Part shown: positions 35,952-48,350 of the stretch, piece by piece
Layout: every line of letters starts with the position of its first letter
Numbering within the stretch: position 1 is the first letter of the stretch
Made by a program: the position numbers and the translations under genes
DNA from: Laetmonice hystrix
Taxonomy: Eukaryota
Assembly: GCA_965235115.1 (NCBI GenBank)
Contig: OZ249436.1
Coordinates: forward strand, 28,522,001-28,586,000
Reading direction: 5' to 3'
DNA: 64,000 nucleotides
Notes under the pieces: generated by a model
Told to the model about the DNA's origin: nothing
Database searches by the model: none
What the model saw: the letters and a program-made list of their open reading frames with translations, nothing else

Positions 35952-37113
35952 GTAGGTGGATCCCTTCTAGAAGCCGTCATATTTTTTGTTTGTACTTATA
36001 CTTTCACATTGACTGGTCTGTGGTTTGTTTATTGTCTTATAGAGGTATGGTGCCTCTTACCGCAGTGATGTAGGGCTGCAGTCCAGAGATAAGAGGTATC
36101 GCATCACTGTAGCCATTTATGGCATTTATGGGCTGTCCTCACTGAACATATTGTAGGCAGGATTGGTAATAGAGGCTTTGATGCCATTAAAGTGGATTTA
36201 CATCAGGTGGATATCGCATCGAAAAAGAAAAGTGGGAAAAAAGAAAAGACAATTGTTAGAGAGAGGACTAGGATACGAAAGCATTTGTTTCATTAGAAGT
36301 TCCCTAATCATTGACGTGTCTGTATAGCAACACATGACGGCACGGCGGAGATGGAAGTTGTCAAAATCGTTTGATGTGTTCAGCTTCAAAGAGACTAAAA
36401 TAAAAAAATTGGTGATTTGAAAGTAAAGTAATGAATAGATAAACCAACATTAAATAACGCTCTGCTATTAATCTAATTGAAATAAATGGCATCGCCATTT
36501 AGAAGAGCCAAAACATTTATCAATATTTATTTATTTATCTATGTGTGCATCTGAAATCACTTGAAGATTATAATTTTGTTTGGACTATAGTGAAAACTGG
36601 GTTTCTAGTAGATAGATGAGTTTATATCTATGTGGACGGCCCCACCCGGGTGGAAGATTTTCAGAGCAGGGCCACGGAGTGTCTATATTTCTTCAGTCGA
36701 TAGGCCACCATGCATGCACCCACTGGAAGTGTTACAGGATGTTCAAGTGTAGCTGGACATGACCATATCAATATTCTCCCTACCCACTTAGTGGGTGCAG
36801 CACCTTGAAGCCGTAATGCTCCAGCGTAGAACGGTCGGCTGATTGGTACGGCAGCGGTGGTTTAGTGAGGACTGGAGTGGTCAGTATTCAAAGGGACTGA
36901 AAAAACGTGTTCATGTTCAGCCAGGTTATTCAGCTATCAGCTAGCGCAGGGCGAGCAAAGAGCCTGGGAGATTGGGGACTATCACAAAGTGGATTCCGAT
37001 CAAATCTATATACGTCGGCACCCTTTTTCCTGTACGTATTCCATTTCTGAATTTTACATTGCGGTTTTCTCGTTTTTTTGTTGTTGCTGTGAATTATGGG
37101 AATGGTTTGCTTA

Positions 37114-38000
37114 TACCCCCGTCATACTTATTCGGAATCAGCAGGAATCAAGCAGAACCAGCCGGAATGAAGAATTCCCAAAATCCGCGCCACATTCGGG
37201 AGGGAATTTCAAATGGCGTTCGAATACTTAGAATGGGCTTCGAACCCGCCTCGAATGATTCTTGTACATTCCGGGTGTATTAGCTCGAATGCAGCTCGAA
37301 TGTAGTTGGAACACAGTAGGAATATTTAGAATATTGTTAGAATGCAGTCAGAATATTTAGAATGCACCTCGAATGCCGTACGAGTGCGGTTCGATTGCTG
37401 CCCAAATACCGCCCGATGTCTGGTTGGAAGGTGCCTCGAATGCTGTACGAATTCACCTCAATTGCAGTCAGAACGCTCCCGGAATGGCCGCCGAATATGG
37501 TTCGAACGTCCAAAAATTCAAACAGAATGCAGCTCGAACACTTAGAATGCACTTCGAATGTACTTAGAATGTAACACGAATGTCCGAGTATAGATTCCGG
37601 CAGCAATCGAGATGCATTCGAGGTGCATTCCGGCTCATTCGAGGCGCATTCGGGACATTCTGGCAGGATTTGAAGTGGCTTGCCGTTTCGATTCTCCCTC
37701 GAATGCGATCAGAATGTTTCGAATGCTGTTGGAATGCCGTAAGAATATTTAGAATGCAATCAGAGTGCATGTAGAATACACTTCGAATGCCGTTCGATAT
37801 TTTTCCCCTTCGAATGCACCTCGAAAGTTTTGAGCATGAGCAAAACATTCGGGCGGGCCACAAGAATGGGCCCGAATATTTGGAATGCACTCAGAATGCA
37901 GTCAGAACTTTTAGAATGCACTTCGAATATCCAGGAATATACCAAGAATTTTCATTCCGACAGCATTCTGGATCATTCCGCCTCTAGTGTGACTAGGGTA
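37114..38000. mobile_element. TA-flanked non-autonomous TIR element rich in (C/A)GAATG motifs
   Basis: ta|tacccccgtcatact ... agtgtgactagggta|ta; interior built from dispersed cgaatg/cattcg repeats. Confidence 0.75.
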
Positions 38001-38174
38001 TAAAGCCTCGTCGAGTAACGACATAAATTAAGACCGATATCGTTATGTTTACGTTCTGATGTCAAACTAAATGTGAACGATTTTTTAAAAAACATTTCCA
38101 AGGCTCATTGTGTGCTTTATTAGTTGTTTAGAATTAGAATGCTTTAACAAAGCATGCAAAAGCTGCAACCAGAG

Positions 38175-38536
38175 CATACCTGCCAACCCTTCCGCATTCT
38201 GCGAAATCTTTCCGCATTTGAATGAGGTATTCTGCATTCCGCATTACTCTCTAAATATTACGGAATCATAAAATTTACAGAATAAGTATAGATTTCCCCC
38301 AAATACATGTTAAATCTCTCGCTCATGGCAGAGTTTCACTGGCAAAAAGATCGTGTATGGTCCCTGCCATATAACTAGATCTCTAGACTAAGTTTAGTAA
38401 ATCAGAGTTGTGCTTTCTGTCAGTAATAGAGAGGAAGAGAGAGAGAGATGGATAAAAGAAAGGGGCCCATAGAAAGAGTATCAAAAGTCAATTTTGGATG
38501 ATTCCGGATTCCGTCGACCAAATGTTGGCAGGTATC
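38175..38536. mobile_element. hAT-like MITE with a 6-bp TSD
   Basis: TIRs catacctgccaac / gttggcaggtat(c); ccagag directly repeated at 38169-74 and 38537-42. Confidence 0.8.
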
Positions 38537-39077
38537 CCAGAGTTAGCTTTACGTTAAGAATAAGAATACGATAAGAATACTAAAGCCAATTGAGATCAAA
38601 TTTCCCACTAGAGATCTATGTCTCATTGTCCCTTAGTGAAACTCGGGATAGAAAATAAACTTTCCCGGCACAAGGATTTGAGTGACGTCCATTGGTTGAT
38701 ACAAGGGATATCCTTTTAGCTAATTAGACTTTTTAAGATTTCTTAGACGTTTGAGATTTTCTTCTTGGCGGGACAAGGCAATGCTACTTCAGCTATCTAG
38801 CGAACCTTTATCTTTTTAATTAAAATTAGTTAGTAGGATCTTGTTTTTCCGGTCAAAGATTTGAAATGTTATTAGAAGTTTGTCGAGAAGACGCTTATCT
38901 GCATCATGACTATAGATGTTTATATTTTAGTGGTTGATTATGTTTCCGTCAGTTAACAAGAGTTAACCGACGGAAACAAAGAGTGGTAGACCCGTACTAC
39001 AGTTGGTAGCCATCCTACTCGCCAAGTGTCTGCCATCCGATCACACTAAATCACCAACGCCCGACCAGCTTGCATTG

Positions 39078-39267
39078 TCACGGTAAACGCAAGTCATTCC
39101 TTGTTTGGTTTTTAACCTCTGTTGGTTGCAGTTCTTGTTTGATCCTTTCATCTTTCACCATCAAGCAATCACTATCAATCTCCGCTAGGGAGGCGTTCTC
39201 CACGACACGCCTTTGTTGCGTGCGCCGAACTGGAGCAGCAGCAGACAGACGGTATGCCGTACGTGGC
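39078..39267 (-). CDS. Candidate terminal exon, unknown protein
   Basis: Acceptor ttcacctacag| followed by 62 open codons PRTAYRLSAAAPVRRTQQRRVVENASLAEIDSDCLMVKDERIKQELQPTEVKNQTRNDLRLP*. Confidence 0.25.
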
Positions 39268-41374
39268 CTGTAGGTGAACCACCGCTGTCAGACCACTCAA
39301 CGATACTTTTCCGGGCCATGCCAGCAGCAGAAAGAGTCGGCGTTGCTGTTAGTTTTATATTGCGACCCTGTATTCAACCTTTCACAAAAGTAGTGTTTTA
39401 TATGCGGCATCGATCTCTGACTATCAGCTAATGTATTATTGAAGGAGTCGTAACTGCGGGAAGAATATAGGGTTGGGGTGGGGAGGGGGAGGGGGGGGGG
39501 GGGCAGGGGTGCATCGGTGCCTTCCAGTCGATTGCACATTTGCACCAATTTGTACCTACAACGGAGGATAAGGAAGGGAATATTGGCTGGGGTCTGTCCG
39601 CTGTGTTCACTTCAGTGCAGCCCTCCTAGAAATCATTCTGTATCATTCCCATCTGGCGAATGCCTCCTGGCGACTTGATTTGTCAAAATATTCCGCGTTA
39701 TTGGAGGGCTGTGCATGTTTTTCTTTTTCACAAATTACACATATTCAGAATGATATTTGGTATGGAAGTGTCATTAACCACGCTCAATTAACCCAGTTGC
39801 GTAATTAAACAGGCATTTGCTCATTAAAAGTGGGATGGAGGCTGACGAATTGTAAGAAAATTATAAATTCCAATAACGCATAGGATATTGCCATAAACGG
39901 TATCTATAGGCCTACGTCATTGATGACTCAACAGTTATCAAAAAGTCTGGCTGATTAACCGTACTTTTCACATCACCGTTAAAAGCAAATTAGATTTTCT
40001 GACATTTGAAATATTGATGGACAATATGAGCCCATGCGGAGAATTTTCATCATCTGGGGACAACCAACAAAGATACAAATTATGCGGAAATCTGTTAGGA
40101 AACGGATTTTAACATGCTCATTACCTTTGCAACGTTCCTCTTCCTTTGATATACGATAGTCGAGCAATCAGATTATAAGAGTCTAAATACTGCTTGTCTC
40201 GTTTACTTCAGACAGGAAATCGTTCACCAAATCCTAGATTTTCTTATCATGGTCGTAATTTTTTGTTTTGTGCGCCAATATGATACAGAACAAAGCCTTT
40301 TTAGTCTACGCGAAATGAAAAAGTTGTCATTATATTTCCCCATCTGTCACTCATTCCCAGCTATGTGCGGCGGAAAATGATGACGTTGATAAGGAAGTAA
40401 GTGGAAATTGACAGATAAGCGAGATTGTGTAATGGGATGGTTTATCATAACAAAATGCGACTAATATAATCGTCAGACTGTATCAATATTTGTAGTCTGG
40501 CCGCAATTATATGTGCTCCTGAATAACGTCTCTTTGCTAGGTAAGGCCTGAAAGGTCTGGAATAATAGCTCCATGTATATGAAATGTCACTTGAAGGGTG
40601 ACGTCAGCTATATTAGGTACAGGACCAAAGAAACATAAAAGGCTCATGTTGGGGAGAGGTGAGTTAATGAGTAGGTGACTCAGTGAAGCAGGGAGGTACA
40701 CTATGTATAGGCACACAGTTAACCCAGTCAGTCTAAGGTTTGAACTATACAGGAATATATAAAAATTTCCATCCGTGTGACATCCCATAACTTAAATCAA
40801 GATGGCACAAAGCCGATATCCGAAATAAATGAAGCGGTACGTGCGAATTGACAAGTGGAGGAACAAAGGACAGGCTTAACGCCATCTAGTGTCTGGAGTC
40901 AGGGATTCGGGGGGGTTCTACCAGCTGAACATTCACAGCCCACAGTTGATGTCCTGCTGGAATTGCTGTCACTGTTTGCACGAGGCTCAGATCTGGGAGC
41001 GACTATCAATACTTTGAGGAGTGGCAGGTTTCCTCCGAGACGGGCATACAGGAGGACTTGGATTGCTACTAATACTCCAGTATTGATGTCTGATTGTCCC
41101 TCTGGATGGAATGCAGGATTCCTAAAGTAGATAGATATTAAAAGATTTCGAGGGAAAGATGACAGTAAAGATATTGGTTATAGAAGATCCAGCTTGTTGA
41201 AGGACATGGTTTAGTTCTAGATTGTGACACTAAAACGGTGGATAAAACTTTTTACGTTTTCATAACCATAGGATTTGATCCGTCTAGTTGGAACTAGATT
41301 GTCATTCAAAGGTTGACACTGTATGGCTCTTGCGGAAATCGCGCACTCCGAGGTTTAATTACATTATTTTTTAA

Positions 41375-41902
41375 AGGGACATGCTGTGGAACACGTTTTG
41401 GCGGATTTCCGGCAATTATCCAACATGACCGTGTACTAGGGATCCAAGTAAATAATCCTACCACATCATTTTGTCCTCCGACGTGTTTTCGCTGCGTATG
41501 CAGCACAAGTAGGTTCTATACGACCAAACGCATAGATTTCTCCCTTTAGCACATCTCCCGCCATAATTTGGTAGACAACCTCCCATCAACCCGCGTAATC
41601 GCGTACTACGTCACATCCTGCGTGTGCACTCTCTGCATGTGCTTAGTCACGTGCTTCGCTTAGATGTAAACAATTCAGCAGTTGCACTTGATCGTCCGGC
41701 ATCAGAATGCCACCCAAAAAATATTTTACGAAATCGGCAGAGAAGCGGGCAAGGGGGCTTCATAAACTTCGATTTCTCACACAAAATGAAACTGATAAGT
41801 CTGTCTTTGTTTACCAAGCAATTTTAATGAAGGATCTCTTTATGAAAACAGCAAAAGTTCTTTGAAATACCGATTTTTCACGTTTTCTCATAATGTGCCC
41901 CT
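41375..41902 (-). mobile_element. TTAA-flanked Kolobok-like element, copy 2 (inverted relative to 24297-24824)
   Basis: ttaa|agggacatgctgtggaac ... ctcataatgtgcccct|ttaa; colinear reverse complement of copy 1. Confidence 0.85.
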
Positions 41903-44889
41903 TTAAAGTGACTCTCAGAAGGATTAAGGCATCATCAGTATGTGGGTGTTGTCGTGGTCGGGGTCCCGCGGCCAAAATGCAGCCCAGCCTTCTCTTGAGC
42001 CGATCAGAAGGCCGTGGTCAAACTGCGAGGTGTTATTTTGACAGTTCCAAATCGGGGCCTTCATTACGGGCAGTGTCTGGGGAAATGACGGCAAAGTCTG
42101 GTTGAGTATGTGAGGGAGGTCACAACAAGCTTGGTAAAGTGTCCCGCTGCCAGCCTCTGGCGGAACTGTTGAAGGAGTAATATCCGAGGGTGGCAGATGG
42201 TAGTGCAAGTCAGATTTGTACATGTAAAGGGTTAAGTATAGAGATCTGACACCCACCACGAATGTTCCATGCAGACACTGGTCCGTGTGTCCACTGAGAC
42301 ATTTTAAAAAGGTGCTGTGGTGTTATTTCTGTCCCTGGTGTATTGAAGGGACTTAACCACTGGAAGGTTATTGGACAATACTTTCATACGAGTCTACTGC
42401 AGCAGAGTGGAAGATGTCTAGGGGTAGCCAGCTGGCACAGTGCCCCACCCGTTATCAGTTTAATATTGACTGGGAAAGAGGGCAAGTCTGTCCCTGCGAA
42501 GATTTCGGTTTCATATTTAAAAAAAACCTTTTCTAGGAGAAAAAGGTGAGGAGAATCTCCTGACCACTTAGAGATTCACTATACATGTACTGTGAATGTC
42601 GTCCTGTCCAATAGGACAAGGTGTAAAAGAGAGTAAAAGTAGAAAGATTGATTGATTTCGACAGGCAGAACGATCTCCATGGTGATTAATGAACCAATCA
42701 ACTTGTCAGCTTCGCTCCCTGCTAATCCTCTAATGATCAAGTAAAGTTGAAGTCGGTCCTGTAACCGGCCAAGGAGACAATCAGCTAAAGTCATTGTACA
42801 TGTGAATCCGTGTGTTCAGTAGTGTTCACCAACACTTATTCATGTATGTGTCATCGGTGCCTTAGGGAACTTTCTTTGTTGGTTTAATTTATCACCTTTC
42901 GGCATTCTCTTAGATTTGTAATTAAAAACAGCTGCTGCACAGCAGACTGCGCGTTTAATGTTACAGAAGCAAAGACAAAGCTTTGCTTTCAGGTTTTTGT
43001 TAGCCCTCTGACGTGCCCTTGAAGGTAACACTGACGTCCTTAGAGATAAAACGCTTGGAATGTTCTTTATATAACAATTTTGTCAAGAAGTCTATATTTT
43101 CCAGGCAATATGGTTTTCATATGTTCTTTGTTTCCAATTATTACCTACCTGCATATGGCCGCTTCTTGCTGTTTATTAGTACAGTAATTCATAAGATGAA
43201 TAAAAATTTTATTAAAAGTTTTAGATGACTGCTCTTAGCCTAGATCATGCAATGACGACAATTCTGGTTCCGGGAAATACTCCATTAAAAATCGATATCT
43301 TGTGCATTTGATTTTAGGTGGCTACCTAGCAATCAGTGGTAGCACTGAAACTTCATGATGATAAATGGAGTTTCTGACGAAAATAAAAGTCCTGTCACGA
43401 GTAATTTCCAAACGTTTTATTTATCGTCTGTAGATTCTGCAGCGTTAAAACTTAACGTAAACCTAAAACGATTGGGTTCCAAGAATACAATAATAAGGTA
43501 CTTTAATTATCTGTGGGAATTACGTTTACTTTTGTGTTTCTTTATGTTTGCTGTGTGTAGTGGCCAGGTCAATCTTTTTGCATGAGGTTTTCTCGAGTTG
43601 TTTGCACAAGTTGTATCTGTTCACTGTACATAGCTCCACTCGGCTCTACAATCAATTAAGACACCTCAAAGACATGAATACACGCGATGTGGCAGTGTGG
43701 CTTACATTTCTTAATCCAGCAGAATTAGATGTGAAGGAGACACCTATTAGAGTTAATTTCAGACTTTGGAGATGAAAGGAAGATTTGAGAGCGTAAAAGC
43801 CTTGAAGCGTGCCGTCGGATCAGACCGCACGAGTCGGACGGCATTCTAATATCTAGATTTATGGAAGATTTTAGAAAGTGGCATGTGTGGAGTGTCAGTC
43901 ACTGTAACAATCGTTGTTGATAAATAATGTTTACCATACTAACTCGAACTAAGCGGGTGTCGGCAGAGGGCCGGCAGTGCCGTGTGATAATTGACTGGGG
44001 ATGTGATTTAGAATGACGACCACATCGATGGGTACTGAGGACCTGTGCTAGCAACAAGCCAGGGAGAATTTCATACATATTGATGGAGGCCGCTGGGACT
44101 TTATTAGGTGACTTTATCCGTCTGGAAATTGTTTTTCATTAATTCTTTACTGTCTCCCCCCCCCCCCCCAATCGTTGGTAATTTACTGTTCATGAAATTG
44201 ATGTATTTTCGACATGGCTAAGGTTATATACACGTTCCTGACTGATAATTGAGGGCTAAAGGTAGCCGTTTCAGGGTAAGAAGTAATTCCTTCGTTTATA
44301 GGGCTGGGAAAGGTTACTGTTGAACGAATGTCTTATATGGAGCTACTTTGCCTTAGCGTAGGTCTTATTTTACCTCGATTTTCCGTTTCACTCACACATG
44401 GTGTTGTTTGCTAGAATGTGACAGGGTACGAGTCGCGCCCGCCAAATCTCTGCCGTCGTTGTGTGTACCTAAATCCGGCCAACGGGCTACATCCGGGCAG
44501 TACCCCAGTCACGTCCTCTGGCGAGCAACAGCGACAACCAGAAATATCTGGTTCTGGCGAAGTCCTCCGCAAGGGGATATCTACCTCAGCAGTTATACCG
44601 CAGCTAGGACGCTGTAGTTGTATATTCATGGTCTGAACTTCAGAGTCGTGTTTTTTTATCCAGCACACACTGGAGAGGATGATGGAGACAGGAGGTTGAC
44701 ATGTTATTGCCGTCTAAGATGATTGATAGGTAGGAAGGACGTCCAGGGGTCCGGAAAACGACGACAGGTTGAACAAAGTTAGGCAGCACGGTGGACGCAC
44801 CCATCAAACAGTTCGGTGACCACCCTTCCGCCAGAGGTCGTTTTTGTTTAAACTCTAACCTCTTCTGGTTGTACTATATTGTGGGATAG

Positions 44890-45159
44890 CCAGGGCCCGG
44901 TTTTTTTGTTTACTTTTCCACCGTGAGCAAGCGTGAGCTGAGCTGAGCAAGGGTGAGCAGAACCTCATGCTCACCGTTTTGCTCACTGTTTTCGTTTTTT
45001 GGGGTGTTTTTCCGCGAGATTGCTTGCCATGAGCACACTTCATGGAAAAAAACAACCAAAAAAGCACGAAAACGGTGAGAATGAGCTCATGCTCACCCTT
45101 GCTCAGCTCCGCTCACCCTTGCTCACGGTGGAAAAGTAAACAAAAAAACCGGGCCCTGG
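44890..45159. mobile_element. Palindromic MITE
   Basis: Long arms ccagggcccggtttttttgtttacttttccaccgtgagcaa / ttgctcacggtggaaaagtaaacaaaaaaaccgggccctgg; TSD not clear. Confidence 0.85.
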
Positions 45160-46925
45160 ACTAGTGTCTGAGTCAAGATGGACACAGAGTCTGCGAGCAG
45201 TTAACTACTACTCATAAAATAATTATAATCAAACATTACTTACATTATCAGAGGGTGTTTATGTCTTCATTTCATTTTTCTTATAGATTCAAATGTATCT
45301 AATTTGACTTGAAACAGTTCCAATGCAAACTCCTTTGCTGGACTATTTTTTTTACTTCTTCACGGCATTTCTATCTCGCCGCTACGCCCTTTGGCCGGCG
45401 TATGTAGATACGATTGCACCAGTGCATTGTTGGAACAATTTGATTTGTCTCTCCAGAGTACGAGCCTGCGCAGTGTGTTCAGTGACCTGCTCCGGGCACC
45501 AGCAGCCTCGCTCTCAAAGTTCTCCTCAGATGCATATAAATTAGTTGGCGAGGTCTGTAACGCCGTGCTACGTTCTTTAAACAACGTTGTAAATAAAAGT
45601 TGTTTTGCAAAAGCATTCTTCCTCAACAGGCGGAAAAGATGCCGGAGTGATTTCGTTCTTTTGATTGTTTTATGTCTTTATGGGGGGGGGGGGCGACTAA
45701 TTTCAGTACAGTGTGGACTTGCCATAAGATTATTGATCAGCTCGCTATTGGTCACTATTCTACAACCTAAAGTCCAACATCCGCTGAGGGGGCACGTTGG
45801 ATGCAATGATAAGTGCTGAGTTCAAAACATTGTGGAATTTGACTGGCACGTCATAGTAGGAAGCTTTGTAAGCCTCCAGAGCTGCATCAATAGAAGCGAA
45901 TAATGTAATTGTTGTACGGATCCAGAAATATTTTAAAGTCCTATACATACATATCCTAACAACTAAACTAATGCCGACATAATGACAGGAGTGGGTGTTT
46001 GCAGTATGGTTGTCTGCGGCCAGAGGAGTACGAAGAGGCCGTGGCGCCGATCGATACTATAGTTTCTATTGTAATGAGGAAAGGGTACTGTATCAATTCA
46101 TTATGGTTGATAGAAGCAGTGACAGGCATCAAACGATTGGTAGTCTAGTGTTTCAGTTGCCAGGCACGGTATTTGTACTGATACGCGACGGCACTGGCCT
46201 ACCTGTTCATGTACGGATATAGAAATACACTATTTTTATGCATACATACATGCTATACATAGAAGCTATTGTGTACGTGTACTTAAAAGTCTAAGAAGCG
46301 GCGTTCAGATATTGACAAAAAAATGCAGGCAGCAGATACATGGTGTACAACACTGCAATTCGAAATGTAATAATTATCTTTGCAGGAAACATGATGTACC
46401 ATTGTATTTCCATGTAATTATGAGAAATTACCTGTGATTTTATACAATAGGCCGTTCAGGTATGATTACAGAGGAAATGAGTCTTCATTCCTGACTGAAC
46501 AAAATCACTGCAATTCCGGGGCCGCTTAATCAAGGCTACGTGTATTGCGTCATTGATGCAATCAGTTAATCAAGAGATGCTCCAAGGCACTGTGATTTGT
46601 TCGTATATTAATAAGAGAGCTAATACAGTGCCGTAACTTAATAGATAACCGGTATAATTATCGGCCTGAAATAGCGTTACCGGCCATACCCCATGTTACT
46701 GACATTAACAAAGGCAGTGGCGTATCTTCACAGGAAGTATAGTTGGAAAGATGGAGACATGGGGCATTGTATAGCCATGTCCGGTTTTCTACATGCTGCC
46801 ATTTACCTTTAACAGTGTCACGGCTAGCTGGTATCACGGTCTGCTGAGGTTTGAAGAAGAAAAATGACGATGAAATATGGTCCCTGAGCTGCAGGTTGTG
46901 AGACGCCCCTGTTGTTGGTGCCTAA

Positions 46926-46988
46926 CCGCTCCATCCCGCCGGCTGGCCGCTCCATCCCGCCGGCTGGCCGCTCCATCCCGCCGGCTGG
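46926..46988. repeat. 21-bp perfect tandem repeat x3
   Basis: ccgctccatcccgccggctgg three times. Confidence 0.9.
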
Positions 46989-47283
46989 CAGTCAGACCAT
47001 TAAGAGCATGCCACCAAGACCAACCTGTCGGGTAGTGGAGATTGACATGATATTGGTTACCCGGGCCAGCCTCATCATGTGGTCCGGAAGATGGAACCAT
47101 CCAAGTGGATGGGTCGGGGTGGTGGTGGTAGTGGGGGTGAGGGTGGGGGGGGGGTCACTCTCCGTTTGCAGACGTTGCTGGGCCTGGTTCCGGGTGAAAC
47201 ACCGCCCGGCGAGTTACTTATTTGATCAAATGTGATGCTGTTGGCAAGTTTGGGTCACCGGTACCTAACACATTGTCTCCCAT

Positions 47284-47390
47284 TCTTCCTCTCCCTCTCC
47301 CTCCCTTCTTCTCCCTCCCTTACTTCCCCACACCCTCGTCCTCCCCCCTCCTCGCCCCCCTCCTCGTCCTCGTCCTCCTCGTTCTCCTCC
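47284..47390. repeat. Polypyrimidine / (CCT)-rich low-complexity tract
   Basis: Almost exclusively C/T on the + strand. Confidence 0.8.
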
Positions 47391-47813
47391 GGATTGGCCG
47401 TGTGTTTTGTGATGGCCTCGCTGCTCCTTGTCACCAGGGTAGAAGACGGTGCATGTTAAGCTGCTGTCATGGCTACAACGCATCTCCTGTCAACATCACT
47501 AGGGTGCAGGGTTGGCCGGGAGTTGCTTTTCTTTTTGTGTCATTCTATACGCACTCACTCCAGGAGACAAGCTATACCACGAAGCTCAAATAGATTTTGG
47601 TAATACGGAGACATGGTTGACGACGCGGATTTGCCTCTGGTCGATGACGTTCTTTAAATAGCAGCATTTACACTGAAATGTCAGGGCCTTGTGGTGGTCT
47701 CCCAGAGTCGGACAAGCCTTGGCGTGCCAACTTTACAAACTGTATGGAAATATAACGGGTGACTTTGTACAGCGAACTCCTTGTAATGCGGTACTTTTGG
47801 CGGTAGGCCTATG

Positions 47814-48091
47814 GGGTAGGTGGGTATTTGGGGTTTTACGCCTTGCAACAGCCAGGGTCATATCACGGCGGTGATGATGATGATGATGATGATGATGAAA
47901 GTCAGTTTTTCTTGGTGGAGGAAACCGGAGTGCCCGGAGGAAACCACCGACCTTCGGGAAGGAACTGACTGACAAACCTTTCACACATGCAGCCCAGGCC
48001 GGAGATCGAACCCGGACCGCAGCGGTGTGAGGCGATGGTCCTAGGTGTCATGAGCCAGCACCTTAGACCACTCGGCCACCCGAGGCCCCCC
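47814..48091 (-). mobile_element. Full-length tRNA-derived SINE with a V-domain-like core and internal (CAT)n
   Basis: Minus strand: A box ggtggccgagtggtctaagg, B box ggttcgatctcc, core ggtcggtggtttcctccgggcactccggtttcctccacc, (cat)n. 14-bp TSD gcggta(g/a)gcctatg at 47800-13 and 48092-105. Confidence 0.9.
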
Positions 48092-48350
48092 GCGGTAAGC
48101 CTATGACAGAAGGGCAGGAGAATAACAACTTGTACGTTATCATTCCAGGAGCTTTTCTTTATTAACACCAGGAAGAAAGGAGGATCAGGTTGAAATGCAC
48201 TTTCATGTAAGCATCAAGAAACGACAATTGCACCCATAAAGTATCGAAACGTTGAGGGCATATACCAACAATTCTGTGACAGTTACGCAATTCAACGTCG
48301 CAATCTTTACACATCTTTTGGTCTTAGGTGGCAATGTGTGTTAGAATGAT

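Noticed and set aside
35952..36068. Hydrophobic C-terminal tail (apparent transmembrane segment) of the 227-aa ORF
   Set aside because: It lies after a consensus splice donor in T-rich sequence; most likely intron read-through.
37337..37987. Cluster of overlapping short ORFs
   Set aside because: They arise from the GAATG-motif interior of a non-autonomous TIR element.
44408..44636. Second coding exon for the 35385 gene
   Set aside because: An acceptor-like tttgctag exists, but two frames are equally open and neither is recognisable; cannot be supported.
46386..46459. Exon with good acceptor and donor (tttgcag|...CAG|gtatga)
   Set aside because: Stops in all three frames; at most non-coding, with no other support.
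47990..48091. tRNA gene on the minus strand
   Set aside because: The A/B boxes are the head of a SINE with a conserved core, tail and 14-bp TSD.
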